Origin: Octopus sinensis
Taxonomy: Eukaryota
Reading direction: 5' to 3'
NCBI RefSeq assembly: GCF_006345805.1
Contig: NC_042998.1
Location: 106,640,001-106,704,000, forward strand
DNA length: 64,000 bases
In this document: positions 21,539 through 39,550 of the stretch, piece after piece
Layout of the letters: each line of letters opens with the position of its first letter
How positions within the stretch are numbered: position 1 is the first letter of the stretch
Position numbers and translations under genes: made by a program
Notes under the pieces: model-generated
Databases searched by the model: none
The model's input: only the letters and a program-made list of their open reading frames with translations
Told to the model about the DNA's origin: nothing

Positions 21539-22674
21539 GGAATAGAGAAAATAAACGGAGAGAGGCTGAAGTGTGTGTATGCGTGCGCGTATGTGTGTGA
21601 ATGAAAATACAGCTGTGAATAATACCTGCCACTCCTTGATACACTTACCCCAGTTCACTTCCATCCCGGTTAAACGTGATAAAGAAACACTTTACTTTTA
21701 CTACTGTCACTCATTCACTCTTTATTTGTTCTTTGACAGTTTTCTGATTCTTTAGCGAGACAGCGAACAAATTACACGAAACTCACTTTTATAACGGGAC
21801 AACTTTAACAGGAAAAATGTAAAATTTTTTCATCTATTAAAAATTGCTAAAACGATAAAGAAAATTTTTTCAATTTATTGAATATGATTCTTTCTACAGC
21901 AATTGGCAATAGCGTTACATTTGGAAACAGATATTCTATTGTTTTTATTTTTTATAGTAAATGTATATATTTCAACAAATAAGGATAAAACATGCCAAGC
22001 AATGATTATTGTTGCCTACTTATAAACTTTAAAACATTTTATTTCATTTTAGAATTAATTAATTGAAAACCCTTTCCTCGAGTCCTCAATGGCGTAACAA
22101 ATCGGTTACAATACTTAGCAGTGACTAACTATGCAGCTTGTCTTGGCGCATAGCTGCTCTTTGGGATTATACTTAAATACATACATATATATATATTAGT
22201 AATATCAACGCCAAGCAGTGTTTAGACATTAGCGGACTTTAGGTTAGTTAAAATATATTTGTGACATATTTCAACTGCTAAAAGCAAATTCACTACGCTA
22301 CCGTGCATAAATATTCTCTCTTATGATAAAAAGGTGTAGAGTCACCATATCTGTCCAGTGTCGCCTCCTGTTGGATGCCCAGACATCGATGTTTTTAGCT
22401 CTTTGGACGTTATCAATGGGAAATACCTAAGGGAGACAACTCTGGACATACCTCATCAAGGCCACAGCTTTAACTAAAATATAGTCAACAACATTGATTT
22501 GCGCCAATAGACCGCTGAGGTTATGGAAATGACCGTGTGTGTGTGTATACACACACACACACACACACATATATATATGATGATGTACTGTTCCGTGATG
22601 GTAAGATCAACAAAAGAAAGTACTCCATCTGGCGAGAGATAAATATTATTTAATAGACACAATACATGTTTTTA

Positions 22675-22730
22675 TGTGCTACTAATAGTTTCATATGTTG
22701 AGAAATACCTCAAACATATCATCAGACACA
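22675..22730 (-). ncRNA. Type-I hammerhead ribozyme motif with long stem II
   Basis: UGUGU-CUGAUGA-UAUGUUUGAG-GUAUUU-CUCAACAUA-U-GAAA-CUA-U-UAG-UA/GCACA; 5-bp stem I, near-palindromic stem III, GUA triplet; one extra U before GAAA. Confidence 0.7.
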
Positions 22731-24349
22731 AATCATGTATTATAACGAATTAAAAATTGAATGAGAAAAGAAACGCGAAAAGTTGAAAAGGAATCATATG
22801 GAAAATGTGAAAGATTAAAAAGCGGAAAATGAAAAGTAAAAAGTAAAAAAAGATAAAAGAGTTATCCTCCTTAAACTTAAATTATAAGATTGGAAAATGT
22901 TTACTTACTTTCATTTTATGATACACAGCTATCACGCACAAGATGCTTGGTTCCAAATCCTGTTTTCTGATTTGGTAAACATGATCAAACTCTAAACCTA
23001 TGTAACATTTTTCTAAAAAATTTTCTGGAATAAATGAATCACGAAATGGATTCAGCAGGAAAAAGTACATCAATATACAAAATTTGAAAATTTTCACTTA
23101 ATGTGGGGTGGGGTTAAAAATTTAAATAACATTTTTTGTTGCTGCTTAAATTTCAACAATGGATCACTGAATCACAAATGTGTTTATGGTGATAAAAATA
23201 TTGAAAAACATCAATGCATGTCAGAGTGACAAAGAAACGAGGAAGGTATCAGGAGGTCGTGGAATGTGCTAGAAACAAAAGCTAAATGTCCTTTAAATAA
23301 CACACCTTTTCGTCTGAAAATTATTTAGAAATCATAAATAGAAACAAATTGCAGATTTGGAAGGTCCGTATTTTAAAACTACAATTAAAAAAAGATTCGT
23401 AAAAAGCCCCAAAATTTTAGGCGGGAAATTTAAAACATTTTCAGTGTTGCTTTTAAATTAGGTTTCCTTTTCTCTTTGACAATAAAGGAAATAAGAATTG
23501 TAATGATGATCGTCGATTTCCAAAAAAAATTGTTTTTAACCTTGAAGGCTTTTCCCTCCGTTTTAAAGTGCGTAGTGCAAAAAAAAAAGGTCCCAAATCA
23601 TTACTGAATGGGGGAGGGGGCTTGAAAAATTCATAAATTTTCAAAATATTTTTTTGACCGAAAAGGCTTTCCCCATTGTTTTTAAGTACGCAATGTGGGG
23701 AGGGGGAAAAAACAGGACAAAATCGGAAAAAAGTGGAAGCGAGGGAGAGAGATACATACATTCTCAAAAATTGTTTCATAAAAAGCTTCCTCCATCTCCC
23801 ATCATTTACATGAGTGTGGTGAAAAAAATGAATTTGAAAAATCCTCGTCAAAACGGAGAAAATCCAATTTATAAGGGTGTGCTATTCCGAAAGTCTGCTA
23901 TGGCATTCTATTATGAAAATTGCCCGTTAGATTATGCATGTATACACACACACTCATTTATACGTATAAGTAGATTATTATTCAAATTATACGTATAAGT
24001 AGATTATTATTCAAATTATAAAGTCTGAAGAAGTGAGTGAACAGTAAATTTATTGCATGAATCGTTCGTTTACCGAAACGTACGTAGCATTAATTTGACT
24101 TCTGTTTTCCTCAATTAAAATTGTGTGTGTGATTAAAACAAAAACAATATACGAGAAATAACTGAGTGGCTGTTGGTATGAATTTGGATAACAAAGGAGA
24201 ATAAATGTATAGTGAGTGCTATACAAGATAAAATCCTTAATTTATTGATATTATCTCCGCTTTAGCCATATATTCGTGTGTTTGTGCGTGTGTCAGTGCG
24301 CGCTGACACACACAGATACGATGATGGAACCACCCGTCAAAGACGACGT

Positions 24350-24612
24350 ATGAGTGTTCAGTTTTTATTCATTGACCTGATCAAATGAATTGCTAATTGT
24401 GATCAAATGTATGAGTTGTACATTAGCTCACTTCTGTCAAATCGACATTGCCTGTACAGGTGCGCAAGTGAGCCACACGTCAGATATCAAAATGACCACC
24501 GAGCAACGTGAAAAAAAAAGTGTTTTGCTCAACAACACAATGTACTGCCAGGTCCGGGAATCGAACCCACGATCTAGTGATCGTGAATGCAGCACTCTAA
24601 CCACTAGGTCTT
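24350..24612 (-). mobile_element. tRNA-derived CORE-like SINE
   Basis: Minus strand has tagtggttagagtgctg (A-box), gggttcgattcccgg (B-box) and gttgagcaaaacactt (CORE-like). Confidence 0.8.
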
Positions 24613-25554
24613 CATACATACATACATACATATACTCAGCTGTACCATTTATACCAATGGCAAGCACAGCACTGGAAAAAAACTGGTGTCCCGTCCCTTG
24701 GGGTTCTGAGTTAAGTTTATCTCGTTTCGTGGGTAATTCACAATATTTCATAATTACAGTGAGAGCTAACATGACGTCGTAGGGTCCATACCCGTCCCAT
24801 CGATATTAGACGAAGTGAAGTCATCTTAAGCTGCTTTCTTTTGAGAACCGAAACTAGGTCGAAGATTCTATACACCAAGACAACTTGCCTTACAGCTATT
24901 CTCGTAATGATCACGACTCTACGCCAGTGGCTAACAAACTTTTACCATCATAATCCATTTTAGTAAATCAATAATCCTCCGCAGTCCTTTTTCAAGTATA
25001 TTCCAATGGGGCGCATGTTACATTTGATAGTTTTCTCGAGAAATGTTTCCCAATTTTTGTTTATAATAAATGTTGCGTTGCGACCCTTATGCCAATGGCT
25101 AATTTATAAATATTGTAAATATTTCAAAATATAAGACTTCGTTTTCGCTAACCTAACACAGGAAATCGCTGTTTTACGCATTCGTTCGACTTCGATATAT
25201 AAAAGAAATAGAAACCAAATCTCTACTGTGTTACTCTGGAAGGACTCTTCGGACGATGTCGTCCTCCCGAACATACAAAACAAAAAATCGGATTGTCAAG
25301 TCTGGAACGCCTTTGTTCATAAGGTTGTTCGATTAGGGCTATACTGAAGATATATCATGACAACTACGGTGCGAATACATTTTTTTTTTTTTAGCTGATG
25401 GAAATTGAACGTTCTGAACCAAAGTATATTAGTGAACTTAATTTTATCGATGACTGGTGAATTAAAAGCAATCGAAGCAAAATTTGAAACGTCTACTCCG
25501 ATTCTCTACCGACTATTCTATCAGGAATATACTGAGTATGTTGTTGTCGTTTAG

Positions 25555-25745
25555 CTTCTGGTCAGCTATGATTAAAAGCATTCAAGCAGTGGTTATCCAA
25601 TCTTTATTATTATGAGACATAGTGTATCCAGAACTACATTATCATGGATATGCAAGCCCTTTCTTTAAGACGGTCGAGTATTAATCGAAGAGGAGATATG
25701 GCTGCTATTTCTAGCAGATTGAGCGACTACGTGGGGGCTCCCTCT
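25555..25745 (+). repeat. Dispersed repeat family D (unclassified)
   Basis: Motifs gttgtttagc...aaagcattccagc and ggctgctatttctagcag recur at ~25290-25370(-), 27360-27450(-), 29735-29970 and 30390-30650. Confidence 0.6.
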
Positions 25746-27559
25746 TTGGTTCATGTCAAAACTATGTTTCTTCTAGCGACATAACACCATAAATGTTGTT
25801 AGAAATTACGAGATTTGAATTTCAGGCCTTTCTGAAATAACAGGAATAATTGAAACAATGTAAAATACCTATAATTGGGGTTCGAAAACGTTGGGGTAGC
25901 CTCACCAAAAACCTAGCTCTTTTCTACCGAGCACTGTTTTATTTATTTTTGCGTAGGTGGGACCATGCCCACAACTCTAACTAGTCCAACAAGACTGGAA
26001 TATTGGGGATAAGAGAAAGAAAAACAACCCTAAAACTAAGAAAAAAAGGGAGAAATATATAATATAGATTTATAAATATTTAAGTACAATATATAAACAT
26101 AAATTAAAAACATGATGGCGACGATGAGGGTGATGATAATGATAACTAGATAAATAAACAAATGACAACAGAATTGCTAGCACTATGCTTTATTATATGG
26201 AATGTAATCAAAACCTATTATCGCAATGGTCATCATTGTTTTAATTATTGTTAACAACGATAAAACCAAGAACAGCAGAAACAGCATCATTATGATTAAC
26301 AGTAACAGAGACGACGACGATGAGAATATTACGAATGGTAAACATTTCTTCTTTAGCAACAAAAATAGAACATTATAATAAAGTACACAGAGATGCTATG
26401 CAAATTAACGTGTAAACATAGAAGTGTGGTGTGTGATGCAATGTAAACACAGTTTTATATAAATATATGAAATATATAGAATATGAAATAGATTGATAAA
26501 GTAGGGTTCTCTCTTTCCAGAGAAGCAGCAGGGAATCATTACTAGGCGACTGTAGCTAAAGAAAAATCAGCAAGAAAAAAAATGTATTATTTATTATTAC
26601 GGGGTCGATAACCTAGTATCAGTCAAGTACTGGAAGCAAGTGTGGCGTGGGGGAGAGGTATTCTTAGTCTCCTAATATAGAATTCCATTCACATCTAGGA
26701 TCCCTTACAGAAATAATAAATCGCCGTTAATGTTTCGTAACTGCAGGCGTTACAAGTAAGTCCTTTATGTTCTGAGTTCAAATCCTGGCGCGGTCGACTT
26801 TATCTTTTATTTCTCTGCCCACTCCCACCAAGATTGATAAAATAATCTTGATTAAAATAATCCGTCCAAGATTGATAAAATAAAGTACCAGACCAATCAA
26901 GTACTGGAATCGATTTAATTTCTGATTTTGTACCCACGAAATAAACAATTTTCAACAACAATTGCTTACATTGGTTTAAGCCCACGCATATATATGTAAG
27001 GGAGGGTTAGAGTCGACCCGATCGAAACTTCAGTATGACTTGTAATTATTCCCGATTGTTGAAAAAGGAATTAGTTTAACACTGGCAGGATTGAAACATG
27101 GAACATAGAGAGGCAAAACTTAAATACAGTAAAGCCATTTAGTGCAACGCTTCACCGTTTCTACAATTACGTCATAAATAATGCTTCTGAGAGAGGCATG
27201 TATGCTAGATATTACCTCTACTAGGAAGCCTTTTCGAAGCTTCTCTGTGCATTTTGCTCAACTTGTTAGAAATAAAAACAAAATGTCTCTAAAATTACAC
27301 CCTGTTATCTTGAATATAAAGGGATACATTGGTTAATATAGTCCATGGTTTAAAAACTGGACGAGATATTCACGGCTGGAACGCCTTTGATAATATACAT
27401 CTTTAAGAGTTCTACTCGATTAGGGCTGTCCTGAAGCTAAACAGCAATAACAACAAATCTACACCCCCCACCTCCTTCAAATGTCTCGGGCTTCGTGCCT
27501 CATGTAAGAAAGAAACCAATAGCGTTATAAACATTAAAACGTCAAAACACAGCATTACG

Positions 27560-27950
27560 ATTGCTGCTGCTGCTATTGATGATGATAACGACGACGACGA
27601 TGATGATAACTAAGAATGCAATAACAACAGCAATAACAGCTGCAGTAGTCAAAACAGCAACAACAGAAAACAGGTAGCAGCAGCAGCAGCAGAGACGGTA
27701 ACAGTAGTAGTAGTAGTAGTAACAACAGCAGTAGAATGTTAGCTGTAACTGCAGTAACAGTAACAATACTACTGTAGTAGTAGTAGTAGTAATAGTAGTA
27801 GTGGTAGTAATAGTAGTAGCAGCAGCATGCATGCAGCAATAAACAGAAACGGCAGCAGCAGTAGTAGTAGTGTCAGCGACAGTACTGCTTTGCTGTGGAG
27901 ACGGCGGAGATATTAGCGGATATAATGATGGTGGTGGTGGCAGTAGTAAG
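27560..27950. repeat. Compound triplet-repeat tract (CTG/GAT/CAG/AGT)
   Basis: Seen directly; embedded in CpG-rich unique sequence. Confidence 0.85.
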
Positions 27951-28193
27951 AGTCTAGTCATAGTCCGACACGTGACCCGGCTGGTTGTTCGAGATTGCGC
28001 AGTTGCATCGATCTCCACGTATTCTTGAAAGACGGGGTTCACTTCGTTATGAGTCTGCTGCCTAACTTGGCCTCCCAAACGGGCCTGTTAGTACAGCTCA
28101 AATACTGTGAGAATCTGTATATTTCGGCAATATTATTATTAATCTCTCAGCTCCGGTGCTATGTAGATAACTCTATTTTGACTCTTTAAAACC

Positions 28194-28224
<31 letters not shown>

Positions 28225-29118
28225 TTGAAAAAGAGAAAATATTATTAAAAAAAAAACAAACAAACGACAGAGTGGAAAAAGAAGACAGGAGAAATACAAA
28301 CAAAACAAACAAACAAAACCTATCATTTATCAATCAACTAACATATAAACAAATGCAAACACAAACAACAGTTATAACTATATCAACAACAAATTATTAT
28401 TATTATTAAATCCACGAAAGGGATAGAAAAAAAACATAAACAAACAAAAAAAAGCAAGAAACAAAAATTACCACAAACATAAGCTCGTGTGTGTGTTGTA
28501 TAGTTTTTCCCCCCACCAAGCAGATTCTGTGATAAAGTGCAATTTTGCAGGGTATATTATAAATTAAAAACAAACACAAAAAAAAGATAACATTAATCGG
28601 CCATTAAAAACAACTCCTTTTGAAGGTAAGTGATAATAAATAATAATAATAATAATATTTTATAAATACAGAACATTTAAAAAAAATATATATATATATA
28701 TATATATATGTTTGTGTGTTGATGTAGTAGTTGTGTATTTACATTTATTCAATACGCTTGTTAATTATATAAGTGCATCGAATAGGTATGTGTTTTTTTT
28801 TTTTTTTTAGGTTTGTTTCCTGTTAATTATTTATTTCTACCACCTCCTGTCTATTCCTACTCGTCCTTATCTCTATACTTTCTTTTTTTTCATTCACACC
28901 CCCCTCTCTAATTTTCACCATTTTTCTTTTTCTCTCTTCCTATTCCTCAGACTTCTCTTTCCTTCTCCGCCTCTCTAGTCACTTACTGTCTGTCTGTCTC
29001 TCTCTCATTTTCTCTTTATTTACTTACGCTTTTTTCCTCTACACTTACTCTCTTTCTCATTTTCTCTTTATTTACTTATTATCTGTCTCATTTCCTCTCT
29101 CTATTTACTCACCCTCTT

Positions 29119-29149
<31 letters not shown>

Positions 29150-29641
29150 CTGTTCTCATTTGACTCTTCACGTTTTATATTTCATTATTGTTTTTTTTTT
29201 ATTTATTTTTCGTCGTTACTGTTCTATATTTTTCCACTCTTTTTCCTTTTATCTCTACTCCCCTCCTACTCTCATTATATTTCTGCCTCTTTCTCTTACA
29301 CTTTCTTACTCTTTCTCACTTCAATTCTTCTTATTACATTCTAGAAATGAACATTTTTTCCTGCAATTTTTTTCCAATTTTCAACTCTCATTATTGTAGT
29401 AATAGTAGCTATGCTGTTTACATTGATTAAAGAAAAATGTAATTTGAAAAATAATACATACATCAACCACAACAACAATAATAATAACGGCAGCCATCAA
29501 GAACGTCTGTCTTGATTTATCATCTTCGGTGTTTAAAATGTCTGCTGCATTTTTTTTTTTCGTATCTCTAAAAGTATTCGAGCACGAATTATCGAGTTGT
29601 ACTTATTACTCATAACATTTTTTTTCTCGATATATATCGCC

Positions 29642-29675
<34 letters not shown>

Positions 29676-32600
29676 GTATGTATGTATATAGTTGATAATA
29701 TATACTATGTAATTTGAAACAAATGAGATTTTGCTGTCGTCGTCGGGTGTTTTAGCCTCAAGTTGGCCCTTGATCGAGCAGATTTATGATCAGAACCATT
29801 CATTAGGATCTCTTTTATATCTTGTTGTTCAGGAAAAGTGTATCCAGGGGCAATATTATAGAATGTGTCCATTTTTTTTTTTTTTTACTTTTTTGAAAGC
29901 AGTGTGGGGTTACGATAAATTAGGCTGCTATTTCTAGCAGGTATAGTTCCCACAGAGAGTAGGTCGTTGGCTCATATATGCTATCACGTATATAAGATGT
30001 ATCTCCTTATATGTATGTTATCTATATAATGTGTGTGTTTAAATATATATATATAAATATAAATATGTTTTGATTGATGAACCGTCAGTATTTTTCTTCC
30101 CCTTGAATTATTAATTGCTAAGTTGCTCAGCAAGATTTGTTTATCTGGCCAAGTAAAGCTAACTCATCACTAAAGACATTGGTATGCCCCAGCTAAGCTA
30201 GCTATTGCTTGCTTGCAATCAGTCCCAACGACCATTATTATTTTTATCATCATTATTATTACTATTATATATTAAACAAATTCACTGTTCTCCTTGCTGT
30301 TGCTATTCGTTTATAACTTCTATTACATACAACTGTTTGATTTGGTCCTACTTTTATTGTGCCTTCCAGATGAACCTTGAACGAACTGTAATAGAGATAA
30401 TAATAGTCAAAAGCATTCCAACCATGACCATTGCGTCTTTTTACTGTCCATATTTTTTTTTCTCGCCATTAGATAACGTTATTAAATATGTTTTTACTTC
30501 TGCTTTTTCAAAATGGTAGGATAGAATTTGAGGGAGATTTGGCTGATTGGACTATCACGTCGAGTCGTTTTTGTTGTTTTTTTTTTTTAAGTGGGTGTGA
30601 TTTGAAGATATAGCTGCTATTTCTAGTAGATCGGCCGACTACGTAAAAGATTGTTAGAACCATTGTATTTCAGTTAGAAACATGTCTGAAATATGAGATA
30701 TCGTCCTATTTGTTAGGAAGTTAAATTTCGTTCAGTAGAAATTCAAAATGAATTTCGTAACGTAGATGTGGTATGTATAGTTGAACAGATAGATGGATGT
30801 ATTATTTTAACAAATCTTCAGAGTTTGCTTTAATTATCTACATTGCTAGTGATTAAATACATTCTCATATAATTTCAATGAATAAAATAAAAGAAGTTAA
30901 ATTTTTTTTTAATTGTGTAGCTTTTATTTACATCCCATGTCTGCAGTGACAACCAGTATATGTCAAAATTTCCTTACAGAAACACAAGATCATTATTTAA
31001 TACCTTTAATTAGTACATAGAATGATAGTTGTATATGGCAGCCAATATTTTTCTGTTCATTTTTGTTTTTCCCCTAAGCGAAAATTTCTGTTTATTTATG
31101 TGAAATCTCCTCCAATCACACAGTAACATATGTGTTATTTTGTGATCGTTGGATATTGCCCCCTCCCATCTACCTATGAGAATGGCTCGATACATACACA
31201 CACACACCTCAAAAATAAATTGACACCCCTCATTGTACCGTTCTAAATGTGCGGACACTAATCGCTAGTATGATACCAAAACAGGTTAAATCATTAAAAA
31301 AACTACACAAAGCATGTCTACTAAGTACTAGATTAAGTATTTAGATGCATCAAATGACATTTCGTTTCCAGAAATTTTATTTTTTAAGGTGTCTATTTAC
31401 TTTTGAGATGTGTGTGTGTGTGTGTGTATGCTGAGAGAAGGAGAGAGAATTGTATCTGTACTCTGTACATGCATAATTCATTGAGTGCAGACTACTGCAG
31501 AATTGAGTTATTGTTGATTTTAGTCAAAGGATGTGTCGAGTTTCATCGCTAAAACTGTCGCAATTGGGTGCTGCTGATAGTTTACCTTTCTCCTCAATTA
31601 GTGATTAAGGGTCACCCTGTGACCTAATTATTAACCCCGCTCTCTGCAGCGATTAACACTGACTATTTGTTTATACGATCCTTTTCCTTCTCCCCCCCCA
31701 CTCTGTGTATCTATTATATATAGAAAAGACAGACCTAGGCCTTTATATAAACACCAACATGCACAGAGCAGTACACAAAGAATTCTTGAGAAATATCTTC
31801 CCTAATGTCAGATTCGTAAGACGAAAAATGAATAATTATGGAACTAAATTATCGATGTTTATATTTTCGTTATAAATTCGATTATAGTTTTAGTTGCTCA
31901 TATTTACCCTCCCCCAATTCACCCATTTAATATATTTCTCTTTCATAAAAAGTATAAAATGTACGTTTAGGTAACGTGTATGTGTCTATAATATAAATAT
32001 ATATATATATGTTCACAGTGTAAATATAAGTAAAATGTGTAGTTGTATAAAACATGTATATAAAATGAAAGTTATTTTGTGTATGTAATATATATATATA
32101 TATATATAGCTTCAATCCATAGCTACCAAACACTCACCCATCACAAGTGTTAAAAACAACCGTAGACTTATTGTTGACGGCTGATGGAAGAAGTATTTTT
32201 CTTAATATTTTAATTTCCACCATTTTCTGTAATATTTGTTTGCTATTTATGTCTTTCATCTTTACCATTTTTCAGTGTAAGATGTTTTGCTTTTTGCCTT
32301 GTTCTGTAAATTTTAGAAACTCAAAGTTTCACCCATCGTGTACTATAGTGCACAGCTTTTCATATGTATGAGTATTGGTGTTTGTAGGTGTGTGTGATTG
32401 ATAGATAGATAGATTGTGAGATAGAGAATTATTTGAGTATATGTATAATGAATACCTGCTGATGCCAAGATAAAATTCACACAGTAATCTTTGTAAAGTG
32501 CTTGATATGAAGGGCATCTGGGCATAAAGCCTTGTCTAAAACTGAAATTTACAAGCAACATATGGTCCACTGCCCCATCTAGTAGAGCAGTAATTCCAAA

Positions 32601-32783
32601 TATGAATGAGGGCAGACATGATGACTCATCCAACCCATGCCAGCAATAAAGCAGATATAAAATGCTCATGTCATGATGTATATATATCATCTCAAAGACT
32701 CCAAGTGAACTTCCAACTTCTTTTCTTTATAAATGTACTCATGTGAAAAGCACTTATTTTCCTCACTTTTGTCTTCCTCTCTT

Positions 32784-32814
<31 letters not shown>

Positions 32815-33143
32815 TTGTGATCATGATCATCATTATCAGTTAAGAACTATTGCTCTATATTTGCATGGGTCAGACATGTCTGCTTTGAGGTAGCAGTCTG
32901 GATGCTCTTCTTGTCACTAAGTGCTGCCTGTATTTATTGCAAGGTAATACTTTCCCCAGTTTATGAAATATGAAACAGCCTGGACATACTTTCACACAGG
33001 ATTACAGACAATACCATTTGCATGAATGGTGACACTTTGTTTACAATCAGCATGTGCAACACAATAACCAAAATGCACACACATATACATATGTACATTA
33101 TATATCTACATACATTTATAAATATAAGTGTTTGTGTGTGTGT

Positions 33144-33197
<54 letters not shown>

Positions 33198-33517
33198 TGT
33201 GTATATATATATATATATGTATGTATGTATGTATGTTCTCAGGGAAATAATTGTATTTCTTATGAGTAAGACATAAAGAAAAGAAGTTGTAGATGCACTT
33301 GAAATCTTTGAGCAGATTTTATCTATGTTTAGTTTGTTTCAACAAATGGTATATTTCAGGTCCCTCTGTATATCATGCTCCTTCTGAAAATCTTGAAATT
33401 GTTAATGTAAATAAATCTTCTTAAAATATTTCGAATGCATTTTCAACTTCTTTTTCTTATACATATATATGTGCTGCACTCACATATGAATGTGCATTGT
33501 TTTTGTGAGTATATGCA

Positions 33518-33549
<32 letters not shown>

Positions 33550-33811
33550 ACAGGAGCAGACATGCTTGAGTGAATATAGTTTACTTTTATTTGTGAGACA
33601 ACATTTGTTGGTACAACTCATATATGGGGGAGGGGGAATGCATGCATTTGCATGAATGTTTACATTCTGCATTTCATTGGAAGCCATTGTCCTAAAACAT
33701 TCTTCTCTAGCTCTGCACTTTACTAACAGAATGGAATATATAAATACAGCCCCTTACTTCAAAAAGGTATTAGCAACAGGAAGAGCTCAAAATAAATGAC
33801 TATTATGTGGT

Positions 33812-37830
<4,019 letters not shown>

Positions 37831-38499
37831 TATATACTTTAAGGGTCTTGTCTTTGAACTTAATGCTGGTGCTACTAAAAAGACCCATACATTTTGTAAA
37901 GTGGTTGGTGTTAGGACATCATATCATAGAAACTATGCCACAGCAGACATTGGATCTTGACGTCATCCTCTGGGTTGTTTCCTATCAAACTGTCCAACCA
38001 GTGCCAGTATGGAAATATATATATATATATGACCCCAGTTGAACCGTCCAACCCATGCTAGCATGGAAAGCGGACGCTGAGTGATGATGAGGATGATATA
38101 TAAATAAAGAGAGGGTATAGGAATTCAGTACATGGTTTACGTATGCATTATGTATATTTTGTAGGTGCAGTATGGTAAAAGGTTAAACAATTTGTTTCAC
38201 AACCAAAAAGTCTTGTGTTTACTCTCTCCGCTTGACATCTTGGGCGAATATCATTTTCCATAGGCTTAGGCCAACTTATATCTTGTGAGTAAAATTGGGT
38301 CAATGGAAACTGTAAACATTTGTCGGGTGAGTTGAACCCATAGGTCAAAAGGTACAGTCTTCTCACACTCTATGCCATAATGATTCTACCTGATAATTAT
38401 GTTAAGGATACATATACCCATGGAATGCTCAGCCACTTACATGTTAATACAGTAGGAAATTCTGTTATTCAAACAACCAAGTCATCATCAACAAATGAA

Positions 38500-38531
<32 letters not shown>

Positions 38532-39164
38532 AAAAGATACTGCAGTTAGTTGTATATTGAAAAAAGACTTCTCAGTTGAAGGAAAGTTAAGTTGAGATCA
38601 AAGACCTTATCCAAATTCTTGTAAGAAGGTGTATGTATATCCAAGAACTAGGTGGCAATGTTCAACTTTGTGCTGCATTTAATTTTTAATAAAAATATTC
38701 CACTCTATAAGTCTCTAGTCAATTGTATAAAAAATTTTCTCTCTTTATGATATTCCATTCTCTAAATTTTGACACTGATTTTTTATTTGTTTTTTTTTTT
38801 TAGATTTCTTGCATCATACAAGTAATAATAGTATGTATATTTGTGTACGGTATATATTGTACATATAAACTTCATTTCATGCCTGTTGTCCTGCATGCAT
38901 GGGGTGAACCATGACTTATTTCAGATAGGATTTTATGTCCAGATGCTCTTTCTGTCATCAACCCTCACTTGTTTTTCAAGTAAGAGACATGCAAAGGAAC
39001 TGATTAAATCATCATAGAATGTTGACATTCTATAGCTTTGCTATCATGTGTATCACATTGCTATTTTATCAGGTATACACACAATTGCAAAGCCATAGAA
39101 TGTCAACATTTGTCTACATGCATGCACACACACACATATTCTTACATACATATATATATAGGTA

Positions 39165-39550
39165 CAGGCATGGCTGTATGGTAAGAAACTTGCTTCCCAA
39201 CCACATGGTTCCTGTTTCAGTTTCACTGTGTGGCACCTTGGGTACGTGCCTTTTAATATTGTCTCAGGCTGACCAAAGCCTTGTGAGTGGGTTTGGTAGA
39301 TGGAAACTGAAAGAAGCCCATCATAAATATGTGTGTGTGTGTGTGTCTTTGTGTTTGTATTTATCATCTGCCACCACTTGACAACCAGTGTTAGTGTTAT
39401 CTACCCATAACTTGGCAGTTTGGCAAAAGAGAACAATAGAATAAGTTCCATGCTTTAAAAAATAGTTCTGTAATTGATTCTTTTGACTAAAAATTCTTCA
39501 TGATGGTGCCCTAGCATGGCCACAGTCTAATGACTGAAACAACTAAAAGA
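39165..39550 (+). mobile_element. SINE family A, CpG-decayed copy
   Basis: gatggaaactgaaagaagcccatcat versus gacggaaactgaaagaagcccgtcgt in the 4.0-kb copy; similar copies at ~42490-42870 and 53872-54250. Confidence 0.85.

Noticed and set aside
23958-24020. 29-bp tandem duplication (also an 86-bp duplication at ~48302-48450)
   Set aside because: Ordinary local slippage duplications with no further structure.
29500-29535. Minus-strand CCGAAGA-UGAU-AA-AUCA hairpin
   Set aside because: Followed by AGAC rather than GAAA; the core is incomplete.
33730-33766. 37-nt micro-exon after TACTAACAG
   Set aside because: Weak donor (gtatta), unrecognised peptide; cannot be told from chance.
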